From Botryllus schlosseri (taxonomy: Eukaryota), in NCBI GenBank assembly GCA_051294905.1, contig CM119372.1, forward strand, positions 24,306,001 to 24,370,000: 64,000 nucleotides of DNA, in the 5' to 3' direction. Both the position numbers and the translations under genes were made by a program. Of this stretch, positions 26,770-38,983 are shown piece after piece. Each line of letters starts with the position of its first letter. Positions within the stretch are counted from its first letter, which is position 1. Below the pieces are notes generated by a model. That model was given only the letters and a program-made list of their open reading frames with translations. It ran no database searches and had not been told where the DNA came from.

Positions 26770-28152
26770 CTCTATGTATTTCATAGGACGATTCAGAAAA
26801 AACCACACCAGCAGCAAATTGACGAACCACAGACCAACGTTGATCATGGAGATGATGGTTGTCGAACCGAGTGAACTCTTCGACGCTCAATTCCGCAACA
26901 CAGCTAGCTGCTAGAAACTCTTGTATGCTCTGATGACAAAAGCAGAACGTGAAATCACCTTCCATCAAACGACGACTAAGCAAATTGTTATCAGGAACTT
27001 TCATCATTAAATCTTGCACTTCGTTTGCCGTAAGATTAAATTTCTTCAAATCGGTCTCGTAAAATATGACTCTTCCTTCAGTCATGCCTTGGAAAGCCAT
27101 TAATTTCAATTTATTGATTATTGTTACAATTTGATTGTACTGTCGTATGTTTTCTACGCTTTGCAGATTTGATATGATCCTATTGTACAGTTCTGTAACT
27201 GTGAACGGAGGTGGCTTATTTGGATCCCTACCCGTTACAACCGCCGTTAAAATGAGGAAAACCGGAATGGATATTAAATGAAGCAAACGAGGTGATATGT
27301 TGCTAATCCTGTTCCAAAGCTCTTGACCATGAGCGCCAATGAGATGAACGAATAGTTTTTCGGCGTCTTGTTCTGTGAGACCTGCGAGAGTAATCATATT
27401 TGTTGGTCGGGCCCTCGCGGGTAGTTCGGAGACTTTGAATTCACGCGAGGATATGAGGATCTTGACGCGAGGAAGGATGTTGCGAGATAATATGTTGTAC
27501 ATGATGGTCGAGGTCGATCCAGCATCATAGTGATTGATTTTAACGTCCTTGATTTCATCAAAATTCCAGCGTGCTTGATCCAACCCATCAAAAATCAGAA
27601 CAGCTTCATTTTGATTTTCAACAAGCCAATTGTATATTTGTTCTTTGCCACTCTCACTTGCATAAAGCCCACGGAATAATAACCGTGAAGGCTTTACAGA
27701 ATCTTCATTTTCAATATTCTTTATTTCAATGTAATGTACCATTTTGTAGTGTAATGGTGTGCTTTGTTCTTGGTCGCTCTGGATATCGAGAGCTTTCCGT
27801 GCTATTCTACGCATGAGTATTGTTTTACCGGACCCCGCCGACGCGACAACAGCAGTGACAACTTTTGCCTGTGACTCTTGTTGTTCGCCCTCCAATATTG
27901 ATGTCATCAAATTTGCGAATGTGACAAAGTTATCGTCGTTTGACTCTTGATGCTGGAATCCGAATTCCGAAACAAGCTGTTTATAACGACCTTTGTAATA
28001 GTCCATCGGCTCAAACGATCGCATCAATGGGAAGACTTGAAAGCTCGGTTCATGAAGACCTTCGTTTTTAAAGTCTTCTAGAATGCAATCATTAGTCTTT
28101 TGTTTGGTGTTGTCATTGACGACTTTAATCAGCTTCACAAAATCTTCACCGC
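26770..28152 (-). CDS. NACHT-domain exon of an NLR-like protein
   Basis: 458-aa ORF with Walker A ASAGSGKT, Walker B LIFDGLDQ, sensor-1 ILISSR, the IPVF proline motif and winged-helix FCHQSIQEFLAA. taatAG acceptor and GTCAGT donor; 1383 bp, phase 1-1. Confidence 0.93.
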
Positions 28153-28700
28153 CTATTAATAGAGATACTTAGCTGTGATACCAACAGATCAAAAAATATA
28201 TTGAACACAGATGAATAATTTGATTTCTGATGAGAGAGGACATGACAATCATTCATAAGCAATATATATATGTTGATAAATTTCTATTTGCCAGCATTGT
28301 CAATCATCAAATATCGAGGGGTCATCTAAACGGCGGTTTCGTAGTGGTTGGTTCAGTCATCTGTGACATTAGCCTAACCAATGGTTGGTCCATCCATATA
28401 GGACTATAGCCAATCATTGCAGAGGTTGCCATTGACGAAGTGCTTCTACTTTTCGAAGTACTGCAAGTCGATTTGGCAATTTGCACTACTTTCTCAAGTG
28501 GTTATGATTTTAGACTACTTCTACTTGACAATTTTCAGGCTTAGAATACCTCCTTTTTTTTAAATCTTGACTTTTACTTCTATTTCGAGTCGAACTTTAC
28601 GGCATTATACTTCTACTTCTAGAGCACCTCCATATTAGTCCGTAAAAGCTCTTTTTCGGTGAGCTGAAAGTCAGCTAACCCGTACATTTGCAGATCAGAT

Positions 28701-31700
28701 CAGACATGGGGTAATCGCGATTAGTAATCGTAATCGATTACGACGATTACAGCATTTTCAAGTAATCGTAATCGCAATCGATTGCATTCGAAAAAATTCC
28801 GAAGTAATCGTAATCGTAATCGACTACTTCGCATATCTAATCGATTTATTAGTGAAAGAACGATTACATTTTATTTGTACAAGGACTATGACATAAACTG
28901 AACATTCGTGAGCAAGGAAGAGATATTACACCAATTTCGCGATAGCACACACGTCTGATTTCCACAAGCTATTGCTCATTATTACGTCAGAAGTAGCCTA
29001 TTAGCTTTTGCTCGTCATTGCGTAAGAAGTATCCACAGTAAATAGATATTCGATGTTCGTAGCCTACATCAGTATGATTGTAAGAACACCCGCCGTGCTG
29101 TATATCAGGTTATCAACGTGTCCCATATGCCACTCCCTCGCAGCAGGATAATTAATCTCCATTCTGCCTAGTTTAAAATAGTAACTTATGTAATAATGTT
29201 TGGCTATGCTTAGTTAAACGCAGTTTGACCGTTGCTTCTTGACGAGCAGTAGGCCTATGTACTACGTGCGTACACCGGACAAAGATTTGAAATTTTGTAC
29301 TCGCCAAATAAAATGTTACGGTTTCCAAAAGGAAGCAGTAAAAATCAACAGCTAATGATATATCATAACCGAGCCGGCTTTGCCGTTTCACGTAACGGCA
29401 GCTTGCAGTACATTATCTGTATGAAGTTGAAGGCAGAATTTTATGTTCGCTTCATCGGGCCCCGGCTTCATCTTATTCTCATATGACTTTTCTTTAAACG
29501 GGCGTCAATCGTTATTTCACAATTCTTTACTAAACATTGGGACCTGCCGCCATGGCCATGGGCTTCTATACCAAATTAGCATGGGTTGTAGCTAGAATCA
29601 GGACTTAAACAGCAATTCGTCCCCCAGTCCAAACGTTGGTCTTTGGCCCCATAGGGTGGTATTTTCAAGTTGAAGACTGAATTTCGTCAATATTATTAGT
29701 AATTGCATTATATTACTATTCATTTTTAATCCTCTCTCAGCCCCGATGGTCAGATTTGCCTGCAGAGCTGGGAGCACGTAATTCATTATTATAACGTCCG
29801 GTATCTTGTTATAATTACTTTAGTTTATGTTGTTAATTCGTGACCTCCGCGGTCTGTTATATAATCAAAAGATATTGAAGTGGCGCAAGAACTTTGGTGA
29901 GACGCACACACAAATTGTCATGTCTTTAAAACTCTCTGGGTGACCCGGGGGGCATTTGCATTATTAGTTCAGATTGGCAGGACCGGACTATTAGTCACGT
30001 CCACCCAGCGTGGCTATCGACAATGGACACATACCAAAAGTTTCGACCAAGGTCTTTCTTTATATATCCCACTTCGTGAAGACGCATGTTGGTGGAAACT
30101 GCGTATATCTTTCGGTGTGTCGTGGAACGGTATTCACTGGCACCTAAATGCCTATTACTATGAATTAGGGTTGCATTTAAAACAAAAATCAATTAAAAAC
30201 AGACATGTTTAAAACAAGGCTCTTGTTTAAAAAATGTTTTTTTTTAAACCACGACGTCACGAATATAAAATTGTGACGTCCTAGTGGATTGAGATTGACA
30301 ATTGAAAATATAGGGTAAATATAGCTTATTTGACGAAATATCTGGACTATAACTGTTGAACAGACTATTTTGAGGGTTCCAACTAGGGATGGTGTGAATG
30401 CGAGGTTCACATTCGCGTTCTGTATGTGAACCTCGAAAATTTAGAGGTTCGCGTTCACAACAGAACCTTGGTAGGTTCTGCACTGTGAACCTTTTTCGTA
30501 AATTGCAATTTTCACTTCATTATAAGATCTTTGGTTCAAATTTATTGCATTTCAACTGCGGGCCACTCTATGCACGGCGCTGGCAGCATAAAAAATCAAC
30601 ACTAAACGAGCATGCACCTTGACAATTTCAAAAGTTTTACTGGCTTTTTTACAAAAATTTTCTCGAAATATCCAGCTTTCCGTTCGTGAATATTTAGTGA
30701 CTCTCTGCTGTGAGCTTGAGCCGCAATCACACAACATCACGAGCGAGAGACGTAGTCAGCGAATGATGCTTATTCAACCAATCAATTACATTGATATCGT
30801 TTTCTGATGTAAAAAATCTAGCAGGCGTACGGGGTCAATCTTGACTTCATATCTTTACTGTCTCATTAAAACCAAATTCGTGCGATTAAGGTGTTGGCTA
30901 CTGCTGTATAACTTGTTAATGGTGTGATATCGGTAGCCAGTATAGAAACCCGTTTTACACTCTGCTCAATATCAATGTAACAATGCTCAGACTCCGAATA
31001 CATTGTCCGGTCAGGCCAAGACCGTTAAGGCCTAAGCTTATATTCCCTGGTAAGTCCTCGTCGAAATTGTTGGCAAAGCGACGGAATCTATTGATTTTAT
31101 GGGATTATTATATTCTTTGACTACCGCGGTTGATACATTCAGCGACGTTTGAAACGCCAATATGTACTTCAGCATTGTGGCATTATGTGGCCCGTGTCGT
31201 CGCTAGGTATCGTGTACATTAATATAAACTATCACTTCATTGAAAGATAGGGCTGGAATTAGCAATATGACGTCACGTGACGTCACGAGGTTCACGTTCG
31301 CGTTCACGCAGAACCTTTCAAAAAGGTTCGCGTTCACAAGAACCGGAACCTTTCAGAGGTTCACACCATCCCTAGTTCCAACCATCTCATATCGATGTAC
31401 GTCGGCCCAATCGGGTGGTAATTGTCCGTAGGCACATGAAAAATGTGTTTTGGAAAGTGTTTACACGATTATGGCATAATGTTACAACTTTAAAAACACA
31501 ATTTAGTTTTTTTAAACAACCATTTGTTCTAAATGCAAACCTACAATAAATTATGTATGCTTTTTTTAGGAAGATACGTATGCATTTCAAAATCAAGCTA
31601 TCCAGAGAAAATTTTCAAGTTAATTAAATCTCTCGAAAAGACTGTATAATTTATGTTGGTTTACGAAATACTTTTGAGTCCCCTTCGATCTCGCTCCCCA

Positions 31701-32076
31701 CCCTATTGGGAAATTAGGGGCGGCGATTATGGACCCGGCAAGAATGCAAATCGTTGGGTGCGATAAATCGACTTCTATAAAAATGGGCAATCGGTGCATC
31801 ATGACGTAACAAGCCAATGACGCATCTTTTTTTCCAAGAAGTTTGTTATCTCATTAGGGCTTTTCAGTGCAATCCATATATTGTCTTCCGATATAACTTC
31901 TAAGATGCAAAATAAATGTAATCGTGAGTAATCGTGATTACTTTTCCAATGTAATCGTAATCGTAATCGACTACTTCCTGATTTTGCTGTAATCGTAATC
32001 GTAATCGTAATCGCGTCATTCAGAAGTAATCGTAATCGCAATCGATTACATTCATGAAGTAATCACCCCATGTCTG
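28701..32076 (+). mobile_element. Non-autonomous hAT family B, copy 1
   Basis: TIR CAGACATGGGGT...ACCCCATGTCTG, (GTAATC)n subtermini and a perfect 8-bp TSD GATCAGAT. Confidence 0.9.
30384..31374 (+). mobile_element. hAT MITE family C nested in B copy 1
   Basis: TIR TAGGGATGGTGTGAA...TTCACACCATCCCTA and a perfect 8-bp TSD GTTCCAAC. Confidence 0.9.
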
Positions 32077-32292
32077 GATCAGATTGATAACATCTGTTAC
32101 ATATCGTCTGCAGAGTTGTACAAAACAAACTACCAATCTAGCTAGTTGACGCTCTAATGACTACTGTCTTTTGAGTAGTTCTAGTTGTAATTACGCGTTA
32201 TTAAAGATGTAGTTGCCGAACAAACTAGAAAAAACTAGTCTTTAGGAATGAACCGGGATACCGGTGCTCTGTTGTGTGGTGTTCCTGTAGAC

Positions 32293-33865
32293 CAGTGGTT
32301 CTTGACCTTTTTTCCTCTAGCGCCCCTTTCAAAAATCATAGTGCTCTAGCGCCCCACCCCTATATTGTCCTCCTTTTTCAGGTTTTTGAGAATGTCCTCC
32401 GAGGACGCTTAAATGTCCTCATTTATGGCAATTCGTCCTCTTTTATAGCTTTTAGAGCTAAGACGGTGGATAGATTCGAGTGATAAAGGGCATAAATAAT
32501 GCTAAACAGGAAATCGTGGTTCGAACGTAAGCGAAAACCTCTTATTTCTAGTCATCCAACGGAAAATCTAGAATAAAAACTGTATTTCGGGAGTTGAGCC
32601 TGAAAGTTGACCCTTTTTTCTTAGTCGACCAACCGCAATTTTGTGGTAAATTTACCCATTTTTCCGGATTTTACTCGAGTATTGTCAGTCAGAAAATTTT
32701 TAAAAAGTGTCCTCCTTCTCTGATTCCAAAATATGGTAACCCTACGTAACATCACTTCGTCAGTCCCCCTTGGGCACCCATAGCGTGATAAATCAAACTT
32801 CCAGGGGCTTCGCCACCAAGAACCCCGTCGCGTGATTTCGATGCTCAGCAAAGTGTGTGAGACCTGATCGCCCTAAGTGCCAAAATTTTCTATAATGCGT
32901 AAATGAATAGGTGGTAATTGCATATATATGTCGCTATAAACTTTTTATCGTCTCAGCCCACGTAATCTGATTCACCAGTAGCGCTGAGGGAGCTGATGAC
33001 TTGGAAAATGGAGGCCACGTAATTAATAATTAAACATATTCGCGTGTCCGTTTATTTTTATTACCTCTTGTTCGCTATATAGTCAAAAGTTATTGAAACG
33101 CATAAACGTATTGAACTTAAATAAACACACGATTCAAAATTTGTATTTCTTCACTGGCATATTAATTTTTCTCTGATATATGTTATTTGTCCCGTGGGGT
33201 ACAGATTGCGACAATTAGACTTATATATACATCGAAGTTTACGGTCAACATAAGGGCAATCCTCTTCGTCTAAGGTTTTCTCGCTAGCGATCTTTTTGGC
33301 AAACTTCTGGGAGTCCCATATTGGCCGGAGCTTAATATGTCTTCGTGCATGGTGGCGTGCTAATGGCCGACGCCTAAATGCCTGCGTATGTAGGCCTACA
33401 AGGGGCTCTAACTCTCAAAAATGATATACACTGCCTCCTTCGATATCCACACGCCGTGCGCTGCAGGATATAATATCTAGTTCGAAAAAGTTGGTTGAAA
33501 ATAACCCTAACAAGCATGACGGTAGTGTTTTAACGGTAAATTGGCGATCTAAATGTACTCGCAATTCATTTTACATGAAACAAAATATCCCACTACATTC
33601 ATGAAAACATATGTAGCAAACATCGCCGCGTAGCGCTACCAACAATTCCGAGATTTGACATGTTTTGTGGAGTGTTAATTTGCTCTGAATACTCTTCAAG
33701 GATATGTCCTACTACTACATCATCTACTGCGAAGCCATTTTTCTTCAGCGCTCCCCATATCGCCCGCTAAGCCCAGAGTCCCCATATCACCCCCTGAGCG
33801 TTTCTGCCCCTTCAAAAGCGCCAGCGCCCCTTGATGGGCGCTGGGGGCAAGGTTAAGAACCACTG
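32293..33865 (+). mobile_element. Non-autonomous hAT element (CAGTGGTTCTT ends)
   Basis: TIR CAGTGGTTCTTGACC...GGTTAAGAACCACTG; TSD CTGTAGAC/TTGTAGAC. Related ends occur at about 5318, 21340 and 60506. Confidence 0.8.
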
Positions 33866-34164
33866 TTGTAGACATTGCTGACTCGGAGTGATTAACACTT
33901 ATGGTGGCGTACCCAGGGCAACAATTCCCATTTCAAACTTGAATAAAAGTTGATGTGGAAAGCCGATCCGAATCCGATGAAATAAAAAACGATGAGGTGC
34001 TTCGGAATGGGACACTGTAAAACCCGCAGAACGCGCAAAACTTGCAAAACCCGCAAAATTTGCAAAAGTAAGCAATATTCAGGTAACGTGAGTATCTTTT
34101 ACAATATTGTCGTTGAATGGCCTCAAGATATCATGGATTAGTTATGAAATTAACTGCTGGTAAT

Positions 34165-34990
34165 GCAGGCGGGTTTTGCGGGTGAGTAGCAGGGTTTTTC
34201 ATTTGGTTCGAAGGGTTTCGCGGTTGTCCAGAAGGGTTTTGCGGATAACTAACAAGGTTTTGCGAGTGCTTTGCAGGGTTTTGCAGTTGTCTGGAAGGGC
34301 TTTGTGGGTAACTGGCAGAGTTCTGCGGTTTACTAGAAGGCTTTGGCGGGTGGAAAACGGGGTTTTGCGACTGTATAGAAGGGTTTTATGGTTAACTAGC
34401 AGGGGTTTAGGGGTCACTAACAGGGTTTATCGGGTGCTTAGCAGGGTTTTGCTGTTGTCTAGAAGGGTTTTGCGGGTAACTAGCAGAGTTCTGCGGTTTA
34501 CTAGAAGGCATTGGCGGATGGAAAACGGGGTTTGCAGTTGTATATAGGAGGGTTTTGCGGGTAACTAGCAGGGTTTTGCGGGTGATTAGTCAATCGCAAA
34601 ACCCTGCTAGTTACCTGCAAAACCCTCCTTTACAACTGCAAAACACTGGTATTCAACCAAAAAAAAGCTCCTATACAACTGCAAAAATCTGGTAGTCAAC
34701 CGCAAAACCCTCTTATACAACCGCAAAATCCCGTTTTTCACTCGCCAAAGCCTTCTAGAAAACCACACAATTCTGCTAGTTACCCATAAAACCCTTCCAG
34801 ACAACAGTAAAACCCTGCTAAGCACCCGCAAAACCATGTTAGTGACCCTCAAAACCCTTCTAGTTACCCACAAAACCCTGTTAGTGACGCGCAAAACCCT
34901 GTGAATTTCCCGCAAAACCCTTCTGAACACCCGTAAAAACCTCCTATAGCCAACTACAAAACCCTGCTAGTCACCCGCAAAACCCTGTTG
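34165..34990. repeat. 21-bp minisatellite arranged as two inverted arrays
   Basis: AGGGTTTTGCGGGTAACTAGC units up to about 34590, then GCTAGTTACC..CAAAACCCT units on the opposite strand. Confidence 0.9.
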
Positions 34991-35941
34991 TATAGTTATC
35001 TGATGTATAGTTACCGGCAGAGGTGGTCAAAGTAGTAAAAAAATCTACTCAAGTAGAAGTGGAAGTAGCGACGAAAAAATCTACTCAAGTACGAGTAGAA
35101 GTACTTCTTCCATAAGCAACCTAAAACTACTTGAAGTAGAAGTAGAATTTACTGACTTTAAAAGTACTCAAGTAAGTAAGTAGTTGTGAAAACGATCCTA
35201 ATTCGTTCACATGGATTGTAAAAAGGTGCAAATTGAGCTATGCGTAAGGTGACGAGCTTTATTGATATTGATGCATACCAGCAGGTATCCAATTTTCGAT
35301 AGCAGAATCATTCGTCCACATCATGGGATGAAAATGATCGTATTGATATGGAAATGCGATACTAATCCTCTGTTTTCTCGAACACCACGTTTTAGAATAT
35401 AGCATGGTACGCCGCCATCCCCCATATTATAAGGCCTATAGTTTAGTCGAAGAGCAACACGGAGAAGGGATATAGGATACGGTGTAAACACTTCGCGCGA
35501 TTAGTAAACGTTAATAAAAAATATGGTGGACCGTAAATATGCCATATTGTGTAGCTTTATTTCCAGAAATTAAAGGAATCACTACACTTGCTTTTATACT
35601 TCAACATGTATGTTATCCAGACAAAAGAACTGATATTAAATATAACTCAAAGTATATGATACTGGGAATTAAGAGTGAAATATAAATACTACTTCTGAAA
35701 GTGGATCGTGTATTCCATGCCTTTAGCCCAGAAAGTTTCACAGGTGGTATGCTAAAACAGCTCCAAAACTAAAAAAAGTCGGAGTCCACTTTTCCAGATT
35801 AGGACATGCCATGGACATGCTAGATTACGATACGACAAGTAAGTGCTAGATTGCGAAACATCAGTTTCAAACGCTATTATGAGCCATATATACTGTGATG
35901 AATTATTTCATATGGGCGAAGGGCGACAATGCGGTGTGAAC

Positions 35942-38900
35942 CAGACATGGGGTAATCACGATTAGTAATCGTAATCGATTACGACGATTACAGCATTTTC
36001 AAGTAATCGTAATCGCAATCGATTACATTCGAAATAATTCCGAAGTAATCGTAATCGTAATCGACTACTTTCCATATCTAATCGATTTCTTTGTGAAAGA
36101 GCGATTACTTTTTATTTTTACAAGGACTATGACATAAACTCAACATTCGCGAACCAGGAAAATATATTATACCAGGTTAATGATAGCACAAACGTCTGAT
36201 TTACAAACACCACTGCTCATTATTACGTCAGAAGTATTAGCTTCGCTCATGATTGCGTAAGAAGTATCCACACATTGTATGTAAATAGATATTCGACGTA
36301 CATTGTAGTGTGATTGTAAGAACACCTGCAGTGCAATATATCAGGTTATCGCAACACTCCGGACGCCACTACCTCGCGGCAGGATAATAATCACCATTCT
36401 GCCTAGTGGCAAATGGTAACTTATGTATTGATGTTTGGTTAAAGGTTATGCTTATAGTTAAACGCAATTTGTCTGTTGGTGTTCGGCGAGCAGCAGGCCT
36501 ATGCAGTACGTACCAGGGATGGTGTGAACGTGAGGTTCACGTTCTGTGTGTGTTTTGAACCTCAGAAATTTAGAGGTTCACGTTTACAAACGAACCTTGG
36601 TAGGTTCTGAACTGTAAACCTTTTTTCACATATTACAGTTTTTACTTCATTAGAACAGCTTTGGTTGAAATTTATTGCATTTCAACTGCTGGCCACTCAA
36701 TGCACGGCGCTGGCAGCATAAAAAAATATCAACACTAAACGAGCATGCACCTTGAGAATCTCAAAATTTTGCTCGAAATAACCAGCATTCCGTTTGTGAA
36801 TATTTAGTGACTCTCTGCTGTGAGCTTGACAAGCATTAACACAACATCAAGACCGAGATGCACTACATGTAGCCAGATAATTATGCTAATTCGACCAATC
36901 AAAGGAATTGATATCGTTGTCCAATGTAAAAAATCTAGCAGGCGTACGTGGTCATCTGGTCAATCTTGACTTCATATGTTTATTGTATCATAAAAACAAA
37001 ATCCGTGGGATTGGGGTGTTGGCTACTGCTGTATAATTTTTTTAATGGGGTAATATCGGTAGCAAGTATAGAATCCCGTTTTAGACTCTGCTCGATATTA
37101 ACGTCACAATACTCAGACGCCGAACACATTGTCGGGCTGGCCTGGACCGTTAAGGCGTAAGCTAATATTCCCTTGCAAGTCCTCGTCGAAATTGTTGGCA
37201 AAGCGACGGAAGATATTGATTTTATGGGATTATTATACCATTTGATTGCCCCAGTTGAAACATTTGCCGACGTTTAAAACGTCAATTTGTACTTTAGCAT
37301 AGTGGCATTATGTTGCCCGAGTCATCGCTATAGGTATCGTGTACATTAATATAGGCTATAACTTCACTGAAATTTAGGGTTGGAATTAGAAATACGACGT
37401 CACGTGACGTCATGAGGTTCACGTTCGTGTTCACACAGAACCTTTCAAAAAGGTTCACGTTCACACGAACCTGAACCTGAACCTTTCAGAGGTTTACACC
37501 ATCCCTAGTATGTACGTACAGTACACCGAGCAAAGATTTGAAATTTTGTACTCGCCAAATAAAACATTACAATTTCCACGACGAAGCATTAAAAATCAAC
37601 AGGTGCTGATGTATATCATAACCGAACCGTTCTTTACCGTTTCTCGTAACGGCAGCGCGCAGTATCTGTATTCAGTAGAAGGCACAATTTTATGGTCACT
37701 TTATCTTATTCTCATATCACTCTACACTTTAAACGGGCGCCAATCGTTATTTCGCAATTCTTTACCTGCTGCCATAGCCATCCGCTTATATCCCATGATA
37801 GCGTGGGTTGTAGCTAGAATAAGGACCAAAACAACAATTCGTCCCGCGCTCCGAACGTTGGACTTGGGCCCCAATAAGGTGGTAAATTTTCAAGTTGAAG
37901 ACTGAATTATCGTCAATAATATTAGTAATTGCATTATATGACTATTCATTTTTAAGCCTCTCTCCGCCCCCGATAGTCAGATTTACCTGTCGAGCTGAGA
38001 GCACGTAATTCATAATTATAACATCTAGTATGTTGTTGTAATTACTTTATTGTATGTTGTTAATTCGTGACCTCCGGTCTGTTATATATAACACCAGAAT
38101 ATATTGCAGTCACCCAAACGCAGATGACGAAAAGAAATACTTTCGTGAGACGCACGCACAAATAATTGCCCTGTCTTTATTCCTCTGTGGGTGGCCCGGG
38201 TGGCATTTGTATTGTGGGCTCAGATTTTAAGGATAGGATTATTAGTCACGCACACCCAGCGCGGCTATTGACAATGGACACATGCTCAAAGTTTTGGCCA
38301 AGGTCTTTCTTTAGTAATACTCTCCTTGGAGTCGCATGTTGGCCGAAACTGCATTTGTCTTTTGGTATGTCGTGGCTCGGTAATGACCAGCATCGAAATG
38401 CTTATTCCTGTAAATTATGCATACTTTTTCATGAGGGTGAGAGGTATGCATTTCAAAATCAAGCTATCAAGAGACATTTAAATTGCGAAGCCCGAAAAAA
38501 TTGTTCAAGTTAATCAACTCTCACGAAAATACTATATAATTTATGTTGGTTTTAGTAAATACTTTTGAGTCCCCTTCGAGCGCTCTCACCACCCTATTGG
38601 GGAGTTTGGGGTGCGCAGTTACGGACCTGGCAAGAATGCAAATCGTTGGATGCGATAAATCGTCCCCTATTAAGTTGGGCAATGGGTACATTATGACGTA
38701 ACAAGCAAATAGCGCATCATTTATTGAGAAAGTTGTTGTAATCTCATTAGGCCTTTTCGACGCAATGCTTATATTGTCTTCAATATATCTTGTAAGATTA
38801 GTTCTAATAAGAAGTAAAATAAATGTAATCGTGAGTAATCGTGATTACTTTTCTAATGTAATCGTAATCGTAATCGACTACTTCTTGATTTTGCTGTAGT

Positions 38901-38983
38901 CGTAATCGTAATCGTAATCGCGTGATTCAGAAGTAATCGTAATCACAATCGATTACATTCATGAAGTAATCACCCCATGTCTG
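35942..38983 (+). mobile_element. hAT family B, copy 2 (inside family A)
   Basis: Same TIRs as 28701-32076; perfect TSD GTGTGAAC. Confidence 0.9.
36514..37507 (+). mobile_element. hAT MITE family C nested in B copy 2
   Basis: TIR CAGGGATGGTGTGAA...ACACCATCCCTA; TSD GTACGTAC/GTATGTAC. Confidence 0.85.

Noticed and set aside
28720..28830. (GTAATC)n arrays as telomere-like or regulatory repeats
   Set aside because: They are the subterminal repeats present at both ends of all three family B copies.
34176..34930. Arg/Val/Leu-rich ORFs of 123 and 107 aa
   Set aside because: Translation of the 21-bp minisatellite; no other sign of coding.
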